From positions 64,001-128,000 of IMG/VR virus record IMGVR_UViG_3300044629_000431: 64,000 nucleotides of DNA. The stretch is one strand, 5' to 3'. The DNA comes from a virus. This document shows, one piece after another, positions 18,116 through 28,461 of this stretch. The notes under the pieces were generated by a model. That model was given only the letters and a program-made list of their open reading frames with translations. It ran no database searches and had not been told where the DNA came from. The position numbers were made by a program, and so were the translations under genes. Positions within the stretch are counted from its first letter, which is position 1. Each line of letters opens with the position of its first letter.

Positions 18116-19351
18116 TCAGCGTTTGACAACGCTGATGGCAGGAAGACCCTGCTGAAACACGGTGTCCACCACCGCTTGGACCTTCTTAGCGGTGCTGATG
18201 CCCACAGAAGAGTAGACAGGGATACAGACCAACCCAAAGGACTTGGTGTAGTCCTGAAGGGCACCAGGGGCGATCCTGCCGCTGCTGAGACCCTCTGCAT
18301 CGTCCTTGTGCAGGCGGATCACCCGTCCGATGGTCTGGGAGATGCCGATGTAGTCCATGGACCGCATAAACAGCACTGCCTCCAGACCAGACACGTTGAT
18401 GCCCTCGCTCAGAATGCTGTGGTGCAGAACCACAAACTTCTTAGAGTCATCCTTGCCCCAGGCACTCAGAGTGTCGAAGAACACCTCACGGTTGACCTTC
18501 TGACCGTCGATGATAGCACCAGTCTTGGACGTGATATACATCCAAGAGAAACCACGCTCCTCCAGTTGAGTGCAGAAGTCAGTCTGAGAAACCAGAGAAA
18601 CGATCTGCTTGGTTGCTTTAGAGCAGATCAGAACCTTGCCAACCTCTTGAGCATCAATAGTCTGAATGAGGTTCTCACAGTCAACGTCAGCGACGATCTG
18701 ACCCTTGCTGAGCATCTCAAACTGCTGCACCACAACCTTAGGAGGAACGATGAAACCACCGTCCACCAGTTCAGGAGCAGGAACATTGCAGATCACGTTG
18801 CCATAAACGGCAGCGTCATTCATACCAGGTTTGGAAATAGTAGCAGAATGCTTAGGAGTAGCAGTGAAGAAATAGCAGCGGTCAGCATTAGCAGAGAAGT
18901 GCTCCGTAGCAGGGAAAAAGTGACGCTGAACGCTGTTGTGTGCCTCATCAAAGTAAATGGTATCAACGTGAATATCTGCCTGCTGAAGACGCTGCAGGGA
19001 GTTATAGGTGGTAAAAATGAGTTTGTGACCCTTCGCTTGCTCATACCAGGCACGAATCACATTGGGGCGAGTGCTGCTGAAGTGGTGCGTCTCACCAGAA
19101 TGGACGTGCAGAACCTGAGCATTTGTGATAAACTCAAGGAACTCGCTGGACAACTGCTCTGCCAGGAGGATGCGCGGAGCACAGACTACAATAGTCTGAG
19201 GAGTATTTTTCAGAAACTCACGAATAGCATCAAAGATAGCGATGTTGGTCTTGCCGCCGCCAGTCGGGATAATCACCTGACCCTTGCGGTGTTGCAGCAG
19301 GGCATCCAGAGCACGTTGCTGGTGGGGACGGAGTTGAATCACTGACCTCAT
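18116..19351 (-). CDS. superfamily 2 DEAH helicase (type III Res-like)
   Basis: LRPHQ, PTGGGKT (Walker A), DEAH, TATP, LSEGIN, QTIGRVIR. Confidence 0.9.
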   Translation of the reverse strand: MRSVIQLRPHQQRALDALLQHRKGQVIIPTGGGKTNIAIFDAIREFLKNTPQTIVVCAPRILLAEQLSSEFLEFITNAQVLHVHSGETHHFSSTRPNVIRAWYEQAKGHKLIFTTYNSLQRLQQADIHVDTIYFDEAHNSVQRHFFPATEHFSANADRCYFFTATPKHSATISKPGMNDAAVYGNVICNVPAPELVDGGFIVPPKVVVQQFEMLSKGQIVADVDCENLIQTIDAQEVGKVLICSKATKQIVSLVSQTDFCTQLEERGFSWMYITSKTGAIIDGQKVNREVFFDTLSAWGKDDSKKFVVLHHSILSEGINVSGLEAVLFMRSMDYIGISQTIGRVIRLHKDDAEGLSSGRIAPGALQDYTKSFGLVCIPVYSSVGISTAKKVQAVVDTVFQQGLPAISVVKR

Positions 19352-19364
19352 TGCGTATAGGACT

Positions 19365-19422
19365 ATTATAGCACTAAAAAAGGGGGTCGGAACCCCCTTG
19401 TGCCAGTTGTAAAACTGTCTAT
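19365..19422 (-). promoter_or_regulatory. early-type promoter with GTGCCA motif (copy 8)
   Basis: GTGCCAGTT at 19400; TATAAT at 19365-19370. Confidence 0.65.
19376..19399 (-). terminator. intrinsic terminator after tail-fibre gene
   Basis: AAGGGGG-TTCCGA-CCCCCTTTTTT on the minus strand. Confidence 0.7.
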
Positions 19423-21896
19423 TAGAACAATGTGAAACTTGTAGAACCTACACCAGGAACAGTGAACACTAACTGATTGCCCACCGTTGTAATTTGAACA
19501 GCAGTTCCAATACCACTTAAGAAACCATTGGTTGCTGTTACTATACCAGCACTTACCGTAACACCAGTTCCAACTCTAAGAGATGATGTTGTTGTAACAC
19601 CAGATACATTAAGTTGATCCAACTCAGTGTGTCCCAATACATCAAGTCCACCATTTGCATCAATAAATCCTTCAATTATGGTGTCACCGGTATTGGCGAC
19701 AACAAAGAATTTATCACCACCTGAGGGATTTCTAACAGCAAAGTCGTCATCAACATCGACCGTACCATTAAATTCAGAATTACCATTAATAGTAAGGTTT
19801 CCAAATGTAGAAACACCAGATACATTCAATTGTTTAGTAAAGAATGTAGGACCAGTAACTGTTGTAATGCCACTGAAAGTAGAAATACCTCCGCCTGCGC
19901 CAGGGAAAACATTCAATGAGGTGCAAGTTACAATACCACCAATTACATTGGAAGCATCAGTTGCGAAACCAGTAAAGTTAGCATAAGTTGCAATACCAGA
20001 TCTTTCAGCATAAGAAATTGTTCCGCTTGCCGCCATTTGAACCCAAGCGGAACCAGTATAATACTCAGGAACTGCAGTGGTGGTATTAAATACGACTGCT
20101 CCTCTGATATTATCAGTCGAAGTATCTAAGTTATTTCTCTGAGTTGTATTCAGACGAGGAAGTATCATAAAGCGATACGCATCGCTGAAATATCCAACTC
20201 CTGCTTCAGAGAAATCGACAGCAGCCTTTGGTCGTGTGGTTCCAACACCAACAGATCTTATAAGAACTCTCTTGCCAATAGCATTAATATCAATTTGTGG
20301 ATATGATGCTGTACTACCAACACCAATAAATGATGAAGAAGCAACTAAACCTAAACCACCAACTAGATCTTGATTAGTACCCAGTTGAAGAGAATAGTTG
20401 GTAGTATCAGTTCCGATAGCTACATTTGACAAACTTGCAAGATTAGTTACATCAATATCATAAAATGTTGATACCCCAATAGTATTATTGAGATTTGCAC
20501 TAATGCCACCAAGAACATTTAAATTATTTGTGGTAAAGTTTCCACTAACACCTAAGTCTCCATATAAAGTTGAGTCTCCAACAACAAATAAGTCATCACC
20601 AATGTAAAGATCTTGAGTAATTGTTGAAGTTCCAACAACGTGCAACTCATGGTCTGGATTTGTTTTTGCAATACCCAGTCTACCACCATAAGTCAGAGTC
20701 ATTTTTGCACTCTGATCTTGACCATAAACCCAGTTGAAGTTACCGGTTCCAAGACCAGCAGCACCACGATGAATATAATAGTTTACGCTTCCTCTATCGT
20801 AATTGACAAGATCTAACGATGTTTGCCCACTAAAGGTATCTGCTAAGTTACCAAAACGAATCTCACCACCCTGTTGACCTCTAGTTAAAGTTCTAGCAAC
20901 ACCAACATAAGATTCTTGAGTGCTGGTTAACTGAACTCCACCAACACCATTCTTTACAACATGTATTTCTGCAGTTGGAGAATGAGTATTCAGACCAATG
21001 TTATTTTCAACATAGAGTCTATTTGAAACAGAAGCAATTCCTGTTGTTGAGTTATTTGATACAGTTATGTTTGATGCTGTTACAAAACCCACAATAATAT
21101 CAGGGGTTCCTGTTAATGAACGAGCAGTAGATGCTATTCCAGTTACGTTTCCAGTTACATCACCAGTTACATTACCAATTAAGTTTCCTACAAAACCACC
21201 ACTAGATGTCGTGACTCCAGTTACAACAAGATTATTAGTTCTTACAAATGGGGAAGTTAAAATGCCACTAATATTAATATTTGATGCAAGGCGAGCATTG
21301 TCTAATGTTCCTGCAGAAATATTAGATGCATTTAATGCTGTAACTCCAGCTCCAGAACCAACATAACTTTGAGCAGTAACAATACCTGTCGAGTAGATAT
21401 TACCAGTCGAGTCAATTCCAACACCTGTTGCACCAACATTTGCAAAGATTCTGCTTTGGTCAGAACCACCAACTTGGAAAGGATAGAATGGAGATACTGT
21501 GCTGACTCCAACAAATCCTTGTGCATAAATGCTCGTAAAACCTAGACCAATATCTACATCTAACCATTGAGATGTTGGTAGGTTAAGAAGTCTTCCACCA
21601 TCACCATAATAAGTTACGATTCCAGCGACACCAGTAACAATTCCAGACTGACTAACTGAAACTATACCTGCTCTGATACCACCACTAAACGTAGAAACAC
21701 CCGATGCTCTAATATTTGCAGCAAAAACTTCCGTAGCAGTGACTAGCCCGACTACCTTTGCAGTTCCTCTTACATCAAGAAGTTCGGTTGGAACTGATGT
21801 ACCGATTCCAACCAAACCATTAGGGTTTACGATTAAATTGTCATCATCTACCTGTACACCATTACGAAAGTTAAAAGTTTTTCTAATATTAGCCAT
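19422..21896 (-). CDS. tail fibre / virion structural protein
   Basis: 824 aa; repeated VGIGT, GIVTA and LNVSGVSTF fibre motifs; ATAAATA late promoter at ~21916. Confidence 0.8.
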   Translation of the reverse strand: MANIRKTFNFRNGVQVDDDNLIVNPNGLVGIGTSVPTELLDVRGTAKVVGLVTATEVFAANIRASGVSTFSGGIRAGIVSVSQSGIVTGVAGIVTYYGDGGRLLNLPTSQWLDVDIGLGFTSIYAQGFVGVSTVSPFYPFQVGGSDQSRIFANVGATGVGIDSTGNIYSTGIVTAQSYVGSGAGVTALNASNISAGTLDNARLASNINISGILTSPFVRTNNLVVTGVTTSSGGFVGNLIGNVTGDVTGNVTGIASTARSLTGTPDIIVGFVTASNITVSNNSTTGIASVSNRLYVENNIGLNTHSPTAEIHVVKNGVGGVQLTSTQESYVGVARTLTRGQQGGEIRFGNLADTFSGQTSLDLVNYDRGSVNYYIHRGAAGLGTGNFNWVYGQDQSAKMTLTYGGRLGIAKTNPDHELHVVGTSTITQDLYIGDDLFVVGDSTLYGDLGVSGNFTTNNLNVLGGISANLNNTIGVSTFYDIDVTNLASLSNVAIGTDTTNYSLQLGTNQDLVGGLGLVASSSFIGVGSTASYPQIDINAIGKRVLIRSVGVGTTRPKAAVDFSEAGVGYFSDAYRFMILPRLNTTQRNNLDTSTDNIRGAVVFNTTTAVPEYYTGSAWVQMAASGTISYAERSGIATYANFTGFATDASNVIGGIVTCTSLNVFPGAGGGISTFSGITTVTGPTFFTKQLNVSGVSTFGNLTINGNSEFNGTVDVDDDFAVRNPSGGDKFFVVANTGDTIIEGFIDANGGLDVLGHTELDQLNVSGVTTTSSLRVGTGVTVSAGIVTATNGFLSGIGTAVQITTVGNQLVFTVPGVGSTSFTLF

Positions 21897-21923
21897 CGTG
21901 TATGGTATTTTTAGTTATTTATC

Positions 21924-23099
21924 CTATTTCTTAATTGCTTTAAAAATAATGCAGGGCGACGCTGCATCTTGTCTAGTAGATGCACCACTAACATATTCAT
22001 CGTTTACGTCTTCTTTCATTGGAAAAACATTGTAAAACAAGAAATCAATTAAATCACGATGTCTTCTACCAAGTGGTGTCAAAATATCATACATTTGCAC
22101 ATTATTTCCCATTTTTTCAATAACTTTTTCCCAGAAATTAATGGAGGTCCCATCTTTAAATCTCAAAGTCAGGTTTCCATTGTTACCCTTTTTATTGACA
22201 AAAAATTCATGCACTTCATTAATAAAAAATGTTTTTAAGTGAATTGTAGAATCCGTTTGTGGAATAATATGACCATCAGGAACTGAAAAATTATACTGTT
22301 CAAGTCTACGAATAAATGCTGGGACGTTCATTAACATTCCTAGACTTTGATCAGAGTATCCATATTCCCTGGATATTGGTGACATCACATTAAATGGGTT
22401 ACGTTGGTTTTTAAACCTATCCCAATGCCTTTGCTCCTCTTCAGTCCAATAGTTCACAGTATATTTTTTCTCACCAGTTCGTAAATCGTAAGTTTTTTCT
22501 GCTGTAGATTCAATCATATACTCGGTATATCTATCAACATCGGACATAATTTTACTTTCCTGAGATATGGTCATTACCTTTTCAAAATCAACTGTTAAAT
22601 CAAATTCAGATATTACGCCAGGCATTGCAGAACCTGGATGCTTGCTAAACAAAGTTCCACCTGGTTTTAATACCCTATAGCATTCTTTTATCATTTGCTC
22701 AACATCTTCAGCATAACCTATTGTTTCTAAAAACAATAACGTGTCAAAATAGTTGTCTTCAAATGGAAGTTTGTCCCAACTTGCTATTTTAAATCTTGAT
22801 TCATATCCTGGATTTCTTTCTTTAGCACATTTTATTTGCTCTTCAGAAATGTCAATACCATAATATTTGACAGATTTTTTCTTTTTAATAAGTCTTTTAA
22901 AAAAATATCCTCCACCACATCCACACTCCAGTACATATTGTCCCATTTTGGACATTTTAATAATATTATCTACATCTTGATCAATAAATGTACTAGGATC
23001 AGAGTCTAGATCAACTAAAAGTGCTCCATTGTAATAGTTACCTTCATCATTACTCAATAAAGGTGCAATAGCATTATAGTATTCAAGAGTATTGTCCAT
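21924..23099 (-). CDS. class I SAM-dependent methyltransferase
   Basis: VLECGCGGG, YYGIDIS, LPFEDNYFD, FLETIGY, RVLKPGG. Confidence 0.85.
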   Translation of the reverse strand: MDNTLEYYNAIAPLLSNDEGNYYNGALLVDLDSDPSTFIDQDVDNIIKMSKMGQYVLECGCGGGYFFKRLIKKKKSVKYYGIDISEEQIKCAKERNPGYESRFKIASWDKLPFEDNYFDTLLFLETIGYAEDVEQMIKECYRVLKPGGTLFSKHPGSAMPGVISEFDLTVDFEKVMTISQESKIMSDVDRYTEYMIESTAEKTYDLRTGEKKYTVNYWTEEEQRHWDRFKNQRNPFNVMSPISREYGYSDQSLGMLMNVPAFIRRLEQYNFSVPDGHIIPQTDSTIHLKTFFINEVHEFFVNKKGNNGNLTLRFKDGTSINFWEKVIEKMGNNVQMYDILTPLGRRHRDLIDFLFYNVFPMKEDVNDEYVSGASTRQDAASPCIIFKAIKK

Positions 23100-23113
23100 T
23101 TTTTTATTTTTAT

Positions 23114-23854
23114 TTATTGAATATATGGATTGGTGGAGTTATATGTTCTATAGAATTTGATAGTTGGTTTTTGATCTTTATAGAGCTTTACTTTGAAATG
23201 AAAATGGAACTTATTTGGAGTGTATCCATCAAAAATACGTTCATACTTATTAAAAATAGTTTTATTGATATTTGGAAAACACTCAAGCAATATATTTTTT
23301 GTATTTAAAAAAGTATCAACTGAATAGTTTGGTAGTAGTTCTACATTGATATTATCATGAATTACATTTCCATTTTTATCAAAGTCAAAAGCATATAAAA
23401 CATTATATGTGCCACCACCAAGAACTCTTGCTAGGTCTACAGCATCACTTTTCATCTTATGATCTATATTATTAAACTCACCAAGCAAAAACCCACATTT
23501 AAAATCTGTGTCTTTACCAATATTATCAATTAATTTGGTAAAATAACTGTATCTATATTTTGTATTAAGTCCAAATGACTTATTAATTAAATCATATTCT
23601 TTTTCGGTGACACCATTTACAGATAAATGAAAATATGGAGACTCAATAAACTTATTCTGTGGTGTTATTGCTTTGTGAAATGTTCTCAGACCTTGAACTT
23701 CATTTAGTTCATTTGTCAGAATATTGTAGATATAGTTGTAGTCATTTTTTATTTTCGACTTTTCTTTAAAAGAAACTTCACTATAGTCTAAAAAACAATA
23801 ATGATATGAAACATGGTCAGAGGTCAAGTCCCTCTCAAAAAGATAATAAGTCAT
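23114..23854 (-). CDS. hypothetical protein, paralog of 26772-27491 (possible ABBA prenyltransferase-like)
   Basis: Shared AFD/GFD ... ELxP ... HxKxK ... IKxYR motifs. Confidence 0.5.
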   Translation of the reverse strand: MTYYLFERDLTSDHVSYHYCFLDYSEVSFKEKSKIKNDYNYIYNILTNELNEVQGLRTFHKAITPQNKFIESPYFHLSVNGVTEKEYDLINKSFGLNTKYRYSYFTKLIDNIGKDTDFKCGFLLGEFNNIDHKMKSDAVDLARVLGGGTYNVLYAFDFDKNGNVIHDNINVELLPNYSVDTFLNTKNILLECFPNINKTIFNKYERIFDGYTPNKFHFHFKVKLYKDQKPTIKFYRTYNSTNPYIQ

Positions 23855-24540
23855 AATTGATTGTTATGAATACCAAGCCAGAATACAATTGTATATCTAT
23901 TTCCAGAAGTAATAGGAGTTACTCCATGATAGTACATCCAGTTACTGGGGAAAACAATAACATCACCAGTTTTAAAACCAAATGTTTTTCCTATTGATGG
24001 AAAATCTAAATATCCCCCCTCATAGTTCTCATTTAAGTAAACACATACTGTCAGTAACCTAGAGAAGTTTAGTGACTCTGCATAATGATCATGATGTATT
24101 CTAAAAAAGTCATCTTTAGAATAGTCTAAAATGTGGGAATCGCTGATATTTAATCTATCACCATAGGCATAATAAAATGGTCTAACATCTCTTACATATC
24201 TTCTACCAACTTCTGCAGATATGTCACGAATAATTTTATTTGAAAATGTTTTGAACTCATCATCAACAGCAAAAAGATTGACATATTCACCTGTCCTTAA
24301 CAGGTCTGTCATTGGACTATCAAACTCATTCTTGTGCTTCTCATTATGAATTTTTTGAGAAAATTCCTCACAAATTTCTTTTTTTACCAAATTTGTATAA
24401 ACTTTCACATAATCATCCATGTTTAAATTAAATTTGTTATCTTTAACTTCGGATAACATTTCAAGGTATTCCTTATTAAATCCATTCCTATACTCTTGAT
24501 TATTAAATCTAGAATATAAATTTGTAAAAGTATTATGCAT
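23851..24540 (-). CDS. prolyl-4-hydroxylase-like 2OG-Fe(II) oxygenase
   Basis: HHD ... YLNENYEGG ... HGVTPITSGNRY. Confidence 0.9.
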   Translation of the reverse strand: MHNTFTNLYSRFNNQEYRNGFNKEYLEMLSEVKDNKFNLNMDDYVKVYTNLVKKEICEEFSQKIHNEKHKNEFDSPMTDLLRTGEYVNLFAVDDEFKTFSNKIIRDISAEVGRRYVRDVRPFYYAYGDRLNISDSHILDYSKDDFFRIHHDHYAESLNFSRLLTVCVYLNENYEGGYLDFPSIGKTFGFKTGDVIVFPSNWMYYHGVTPITSGNRYTIVFWLGIHNNQL

Positions 24541-25039
24541 CTTCTACACAAATATCAATACTAATAAATTCGAAATCTTTATCTGAGTTATTTTTTGCAG
24601 AATGTTTTATATGTCTTACATCAAAGAAGTATAGTTCTCCTTTTTTCCAATTAATTTCTTCATCGCCATAGTAAAACATTGCCTCAGTATCCATTAAAGG
24701 AATGTGTGCTCTAAAGAATTCTTTATGCCAATAGCAAGTATCAACATGCTCTCCAACATGCTGACCTGATGGAACTGTTATTTTTGAGAATGCCAGGATA
24801 CGATCATCATTAGCAAACTTTTCAATTGTTTCTGTAGAATACTTATCTTTTGGAATGGTTGCTTCTTCTCTTGGAATCTTCTTGAATGCATAAAGAACGC
24901 ATCCACTGTCATCATCAATATTCCAAGAAATTTTCATATTTGTTTTTGGACTAAAGTATTCATCCAAAATCAACGGTTTTAACTCATTAATTTTATTATA
25001 AAAGTCAACATAATAAGGTCTAGAAAAATCAATAGTCAT
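24533..25039 (-). CDS. aspartyl/asparaginyl beta-hydroxylase-like 2OG-Fe(II) oxygenase
   Basis: EHVD ... RAHIPL ... WKKGELYFFD ... HSAKN. Confidence 0.8.
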   Translation of the reverse strand: MTIDFSRPYYVDFYNKINELKPLILDEYFSPKTNMKISWNIDDDSGCVLYAFKKIPREEATIPKDKYSTETIEKFANDDRILAFSKITVPSGQHVGEHVDTCYWHKEFFRAHIPLMDTEAMFYYGDEEINWKKGELYFFDVRHIKHSAKNNSDKDFEFISIDICVEDA

Positions 25040-25647
25040 AATTTCTCATAAGCTCCCATATCAATATTTAGAACCTTCAAGTAAAGGGGGTCATTTGTAA
25101 AGTGTGAACCTAGATATTCTCTATCATTCTCATAAAGAATGTCAAAACAAAGGAAACAAAGATCTACGTCTTTTGACTTGTTCGTTCCACTATGAGAGTC
25201 GTAAACAAAATCAAGTATAAAGGGTTTTCCTACTTCAACTTTAATAGTTCCAAAACTTTCAGCAGTAATATAACTTTCATCAGCGGTAATAGGAACTAAA
25301 ATTCTCCAAAGGTTTTTGCCATAATAAGGAGGGTCTACATGCTCCTTAATGTCAGAACTTGCTGCAAAAGTATTCAAACTCACAGTTGGAATATTCTCAT
25401 CTAGAATAATATCCTTAAGTTTATCACTATAAAAGTTTTTAAGTTGAAGTCCATCCGTTGGAGACTTGATAACTCTAAATCTCCAGTCTCCATATTCATA
25501 TTTTGATGGAACTTTATATTCAGGAACTTCTGTGAAGTCTTGTTTTAAAACATCTGGAGTTACATCAAGAATTTTTTGAAAGTAACTCTTTACATACTTA
25601 GACTCTAGATCTAAAAAGGGCTTATTCTGGGGAGTCGTCGATTTCAT
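25036..25647 (-). CDS. aspartyl/asparaginyl beta-hydroxylase-like 2OG-Fe(II) oxygenase
   Basis: EHVDPP ... WRILVPI ... HSGTN. Confidence 0.7.
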   Translation of the reverse strand: MKSTTPQNKPFLDLESKYVKSYFQKILDVTPDVLKQDFTEVPEYKVPSKYEYGDWRFRVIKSPTDGLQLKNFYSDKLKDIILDENIPTVSLNTFAASSDIKEHVDPPYYGKNLWRILVPITADESYITAESFGTIKVEVGKPFILDFVYDSHSGTNKSKDVDLCFLCFDILYENDREYLGSHFTNDPLYLKVLNIDMGAYEKL

Positions 25648-26779
25648 AACTTACATCTAGATTAACAACACGTGATTCTGAAGTATCTTCTGCTACAGCA
25701 TCACTTGAGAATGATGTTGAGTATGAAAGTGTAGTAGAAGAATCTGTAGTTGATGTCACACCAACACCATCATAAGATATTTTTTCTTCACAAGGAACTT
25801 GAACAAATTCAGCTTGTTCTGGGTGTTGTGAAATATAGTTTTCTCTATACTCAGAATATCTCTGCATGTATGGAGCATTTGGATGCGTAGGATCAATTTG
25901 AGACTTTTCAATACCTTCGTTATATGTCTTATTGATATGAGGAAGTTCGGAAATATGATTGATAGCATCGGCAACTTTTTTGAACACAAATATCATACAC
26001 TCATGATATCTGTTTGGGGCATAATTTTGAGTCTCATTCTTTCTAATATGTTCAATATAAGATGGATGTGCTTCACAAAATTCATCAGATGAACAGAAAG
26101 TTTCATTATAAGTCATTACATCATATTCTGGGACTTCAATTTTTTCAACTTCAAAACCATTCTCAAGAAAACTTTCTTCTATGAGACTTTTGTTTGGAAG
26201 CATACCAAGAGATGCCTCACTATATCCATATTCTTTTTCTATGTCAGCAAACTTTTCTTGATATTTTGAATCAAGTTCTTCATCATGAACTACTTTAATT
26301 GGGTTTTTAATAATTACTCTACCACCAATTTTAAGTCCTGTTGATATAGTCTTAATAAGAGTATCAAGATTTGTTGTGTAACCAATACTTTCAATAAAGT
26401 AAACCGCATCAAAATACGGTTCAGCCATTACAAGTTCATTCATATCTTTACAGAAAAAAGATGATGCATAACTTTCTGCAGATTTTGATGCGTTATCAAT
26501 TTGCTTTTCACAGCAATCTACACCAAGATATCTACAATTTTTGTAGTTTGGATGAGTTTTTAAGAACTTATGAAACTGACCATTACCGCAACCAACATCG
26601 GCAATGAATGAATCGTGATTAAGTTCCCCCAAGTCTGCTAAGTACTGATAGTTTTGTTCCCTAAGACCTAAAGATCCATACTTTTCACTTTTAATCAAAG
26701 CAACTTGATATCCCTGAGGATACTTTTCGTTGATTACATCAGCAAGAGAATCATAATAAGATACGGTTGTTTCATCCAT
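25622..26779 (-). CDS. class I SAM-dependent methyltransferase
   Basis: IADVGCGNG, YLGVD, YFDAVYFIESIGY; paralog of 21924-23099 (EYGYS-x2-SLGML in both). Confidence 0.85.
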   Translation of the reverse strand: MDETTVSYYDSLADVINEKYPQGYQVALIKSEKYGSLGLREQNYQYLADLGELNHDSFIADVGCGNGQFHKFLKTHPNYKNCRYLGVDCCEKQIDNASKSAESYASSFFCKDMNELVMAEPYFDAVYFIESIGYTTNLDTLIKTISTGLKIGGRVIIKNPIKVVHDEELDSKYQEKFADIEKEYGYSEASLGMLPNKSLIEESFLENGFEVEKIEVPEYDVMTYNETFCSSDEFCEAHPSYIEHIRKNETQNYAPNRYHECMIFVFKKVADAINHISELPHINKTYNEGIEKSQIDPTHPNAPYMQRYSEYRENYISQHPEQAEFVQVPCEEKISYDGVGVTSTTDSSTTLSYSTSFSSDAVAEDTSESRVVNLDVSYEIDDSPE

Positions 26780-27491
26780 AGTAAAATTCTGGAATGTTTA
26801 CGTTGATTGATCTGTAATACTTTATGTTTTTAATTTCCCCGTTTTCAATTTTAAACTTAACGTGGGAAAACTTTTTGAAGTTTAAAAAATATCTTTCAAA
26901 TGGATCTGTATTGATACCATAAATCTTCAAAATATTTATAAAGCCCTTTGAACCATCAATAGTATTTTGTGGATATAACTCTAAATGAACTGTGTCGTAA
27001 TTGAGTTTTCCTCCACATCCATCAAAACCCAAACAATAAAAAATTGGATTGAACTTAGATATAATTTCTCTGGTCATATCTAGAGTATTAGTTCCCATAT
27101 CAAATTCATCTAAATTTGCTTTGGGAAATATTTCTCGATGAGGAATATCATCTCCAATATCATCTAGATTAAAAGTAAAAGAGTTTTGATTTCTAATAGG
27201 GATAATTCCTAGTTTATTCACCTCATCGTATTTACTCTGGTCCTTCAGAGTAAAGTTTACAAAAGTTCCCCTGCGAGAAATATTCAAAAATAGAATATGA
27301 AAATTTATATTCTCAAACTTTTCTTTGATAGTTGCCTCTATTTTAAATAATTTTGAACTATTTTCACGTTCTGGTATTTGAGATAAACTCTTATAACCAT
27401 AATGATATGAAAAATATGGTTGAGAGTAAATCTCCCGTTCTATTCCAATACCAAAATCAGAATGTAACTGTACTACCTGCTGTTGTTCCAC
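26772..27491 (-). CDS. hypothetical protein, paralog of 23114-23854 (possible ABBA prenyltransferase-like)
   Basis: LGFD ... HLELYP ... FSHVKFK ... IKYYR. Confidence 0.5.
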   Translation of the reverse strand: MEQQQVVQLHSDFGIGIEREIYSQPYFSYHYGYKSLSQIPERENSSKLFKIEATIKEKFENINFHILFLNISRRGTFVNFTLKDQSKYDEVNKLGIIPIRNQNSFTFNLDDIGDDIPHREIFPKANLDEFDMGTNTLDMTREIISKFNPIFYCLGFDGCGGKLNYDTVHLELYPQNTIDGSKGFINILKIYGINTDPFERYFLNFKKFSHVKFKIENGEIKNIKYYRSINVNIPEFYYG

Positions 27492-28461
27492 TTGTCAATA
27501 CCACATAATAAGCACTACTTCTACGACGAATTGCATCTCCACCAGAACCTCCACTACCTCCACCACTCGCGCCCCATCCTCCACCTGGTGATCCAGAATT
27601 AGAGCAAATAGTTCCTTGAGGATATCCTCCACAACGTCCACCACCGCCGCCGCCAGAACCAGGAACGGTGCTTGTGTCCTCATCACCATCTCCACCAGAT
27701 CCACCACCACCTGCCGGGAAGTTTGATGGTGGTGCGCCGCTGCCCCCGCCGCCTGCACCACCACCTTTTCCACCACCTCCACCAGATCCACCAATAGAAG
27801 TATTACTTACGTTACAGCAATAACATTCATTAAATGATTGTGTTTTGCCGCCACTACCGCCTCCACCACCTCCACCACCAAGAATACGGTTATTATTTTT
27901 AAGATAGATATTTGAAGCAACAGAAAAAGCCGTTCCACCTGGAGATCCAGATCCTCCACCATCTCCACCCTTTCCACCTTTTCCATAAATTGCATAGTCA
28001 TTAGTCAAATAGCAAGTTGTATTTGATCTAGAACCTTGTGGAATTGTCAAACCATAGTTTGATGTTAGAGTTGCTCTACAATTACCAGTTGTTTCTGCAT
28101 CAAAAAATACCGTATTGTTGCTATTAGATTTTAATGCTTCATTTTCAATCGTATTAACATCAATTGAAGCATTATTTCCACTTAACTGGACTACCGCTTG
28201 TCTAGCATAATAGTATACTTTATTGTAAAAATTAGTAAGAGCAATAGTTGTCCCAGCTCCAGCAACAGGAACATTATCAAAATGAGATGCTTTTGTTGGA
28301 TGACTTGAATCAGTTCTTGCTTGATCAGTGCATTTATTTTTCTTCAAATATGTAGAACCATAATAAAACTCATTCATTGCAACCTGACCCTGTGGACCTA
28401 AGTTTGTATACTCTGTTCTTAGATCCGATAAAGCAATTTGTCCGCTTGATTGTAAGGTCAT
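27457..28461 (-). CDS. gp38-like glycine-rich tail-fibre tip adhesin
   Basis: IYGKGGKGG and NNNRILGGGGGGGG motifs as in T2-type gp38; glycine-rich blocks alternate with short variable loops; lies downstream of the S74-bearing long fibre. Confidence 0.75.
   Translation of the reverse strand: MTLQSSGQIALSDLRTEYTNLGPQGQVAMNEFYYGSTYLKKNKCTDQARTDSSHPTKASHFDNVPVAGAGTTIALTNFYNKVYYYARQAVVQLSGNNASIDVNTIENEALKSNSNNTVFFDAETTGNCRATLTSNYGLTIPQGSRSNTTCYLTNDYAIYGKGGKGGDGGGSGSPGGTAFSVASNIYLKNNNRILGGGGGGGGSGGKTQSFNECYCCNVSNTSIGGSGGGGGKGGGAGGGGSGAPPSNFPAGGGGSGGDGDEDTSTVPGSGGGGGGRCGGYPQGTICSNSGSPGGGWGASGGGSGGSGGDAIRRRSSAYYVVLTSGTTAGSTVTF

Noticed and set aside
18095-19345. 416-aa plus-strand ORF antisense to the helicase
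   Set aside because: It mirrors the helicase and has no motifs; it is explained by codon bias on the coding strand.
18116-19351. Type III restriction system
   Set aside because: Helicase core only, with no adjacent Mod subunit or evident nuclease domain.
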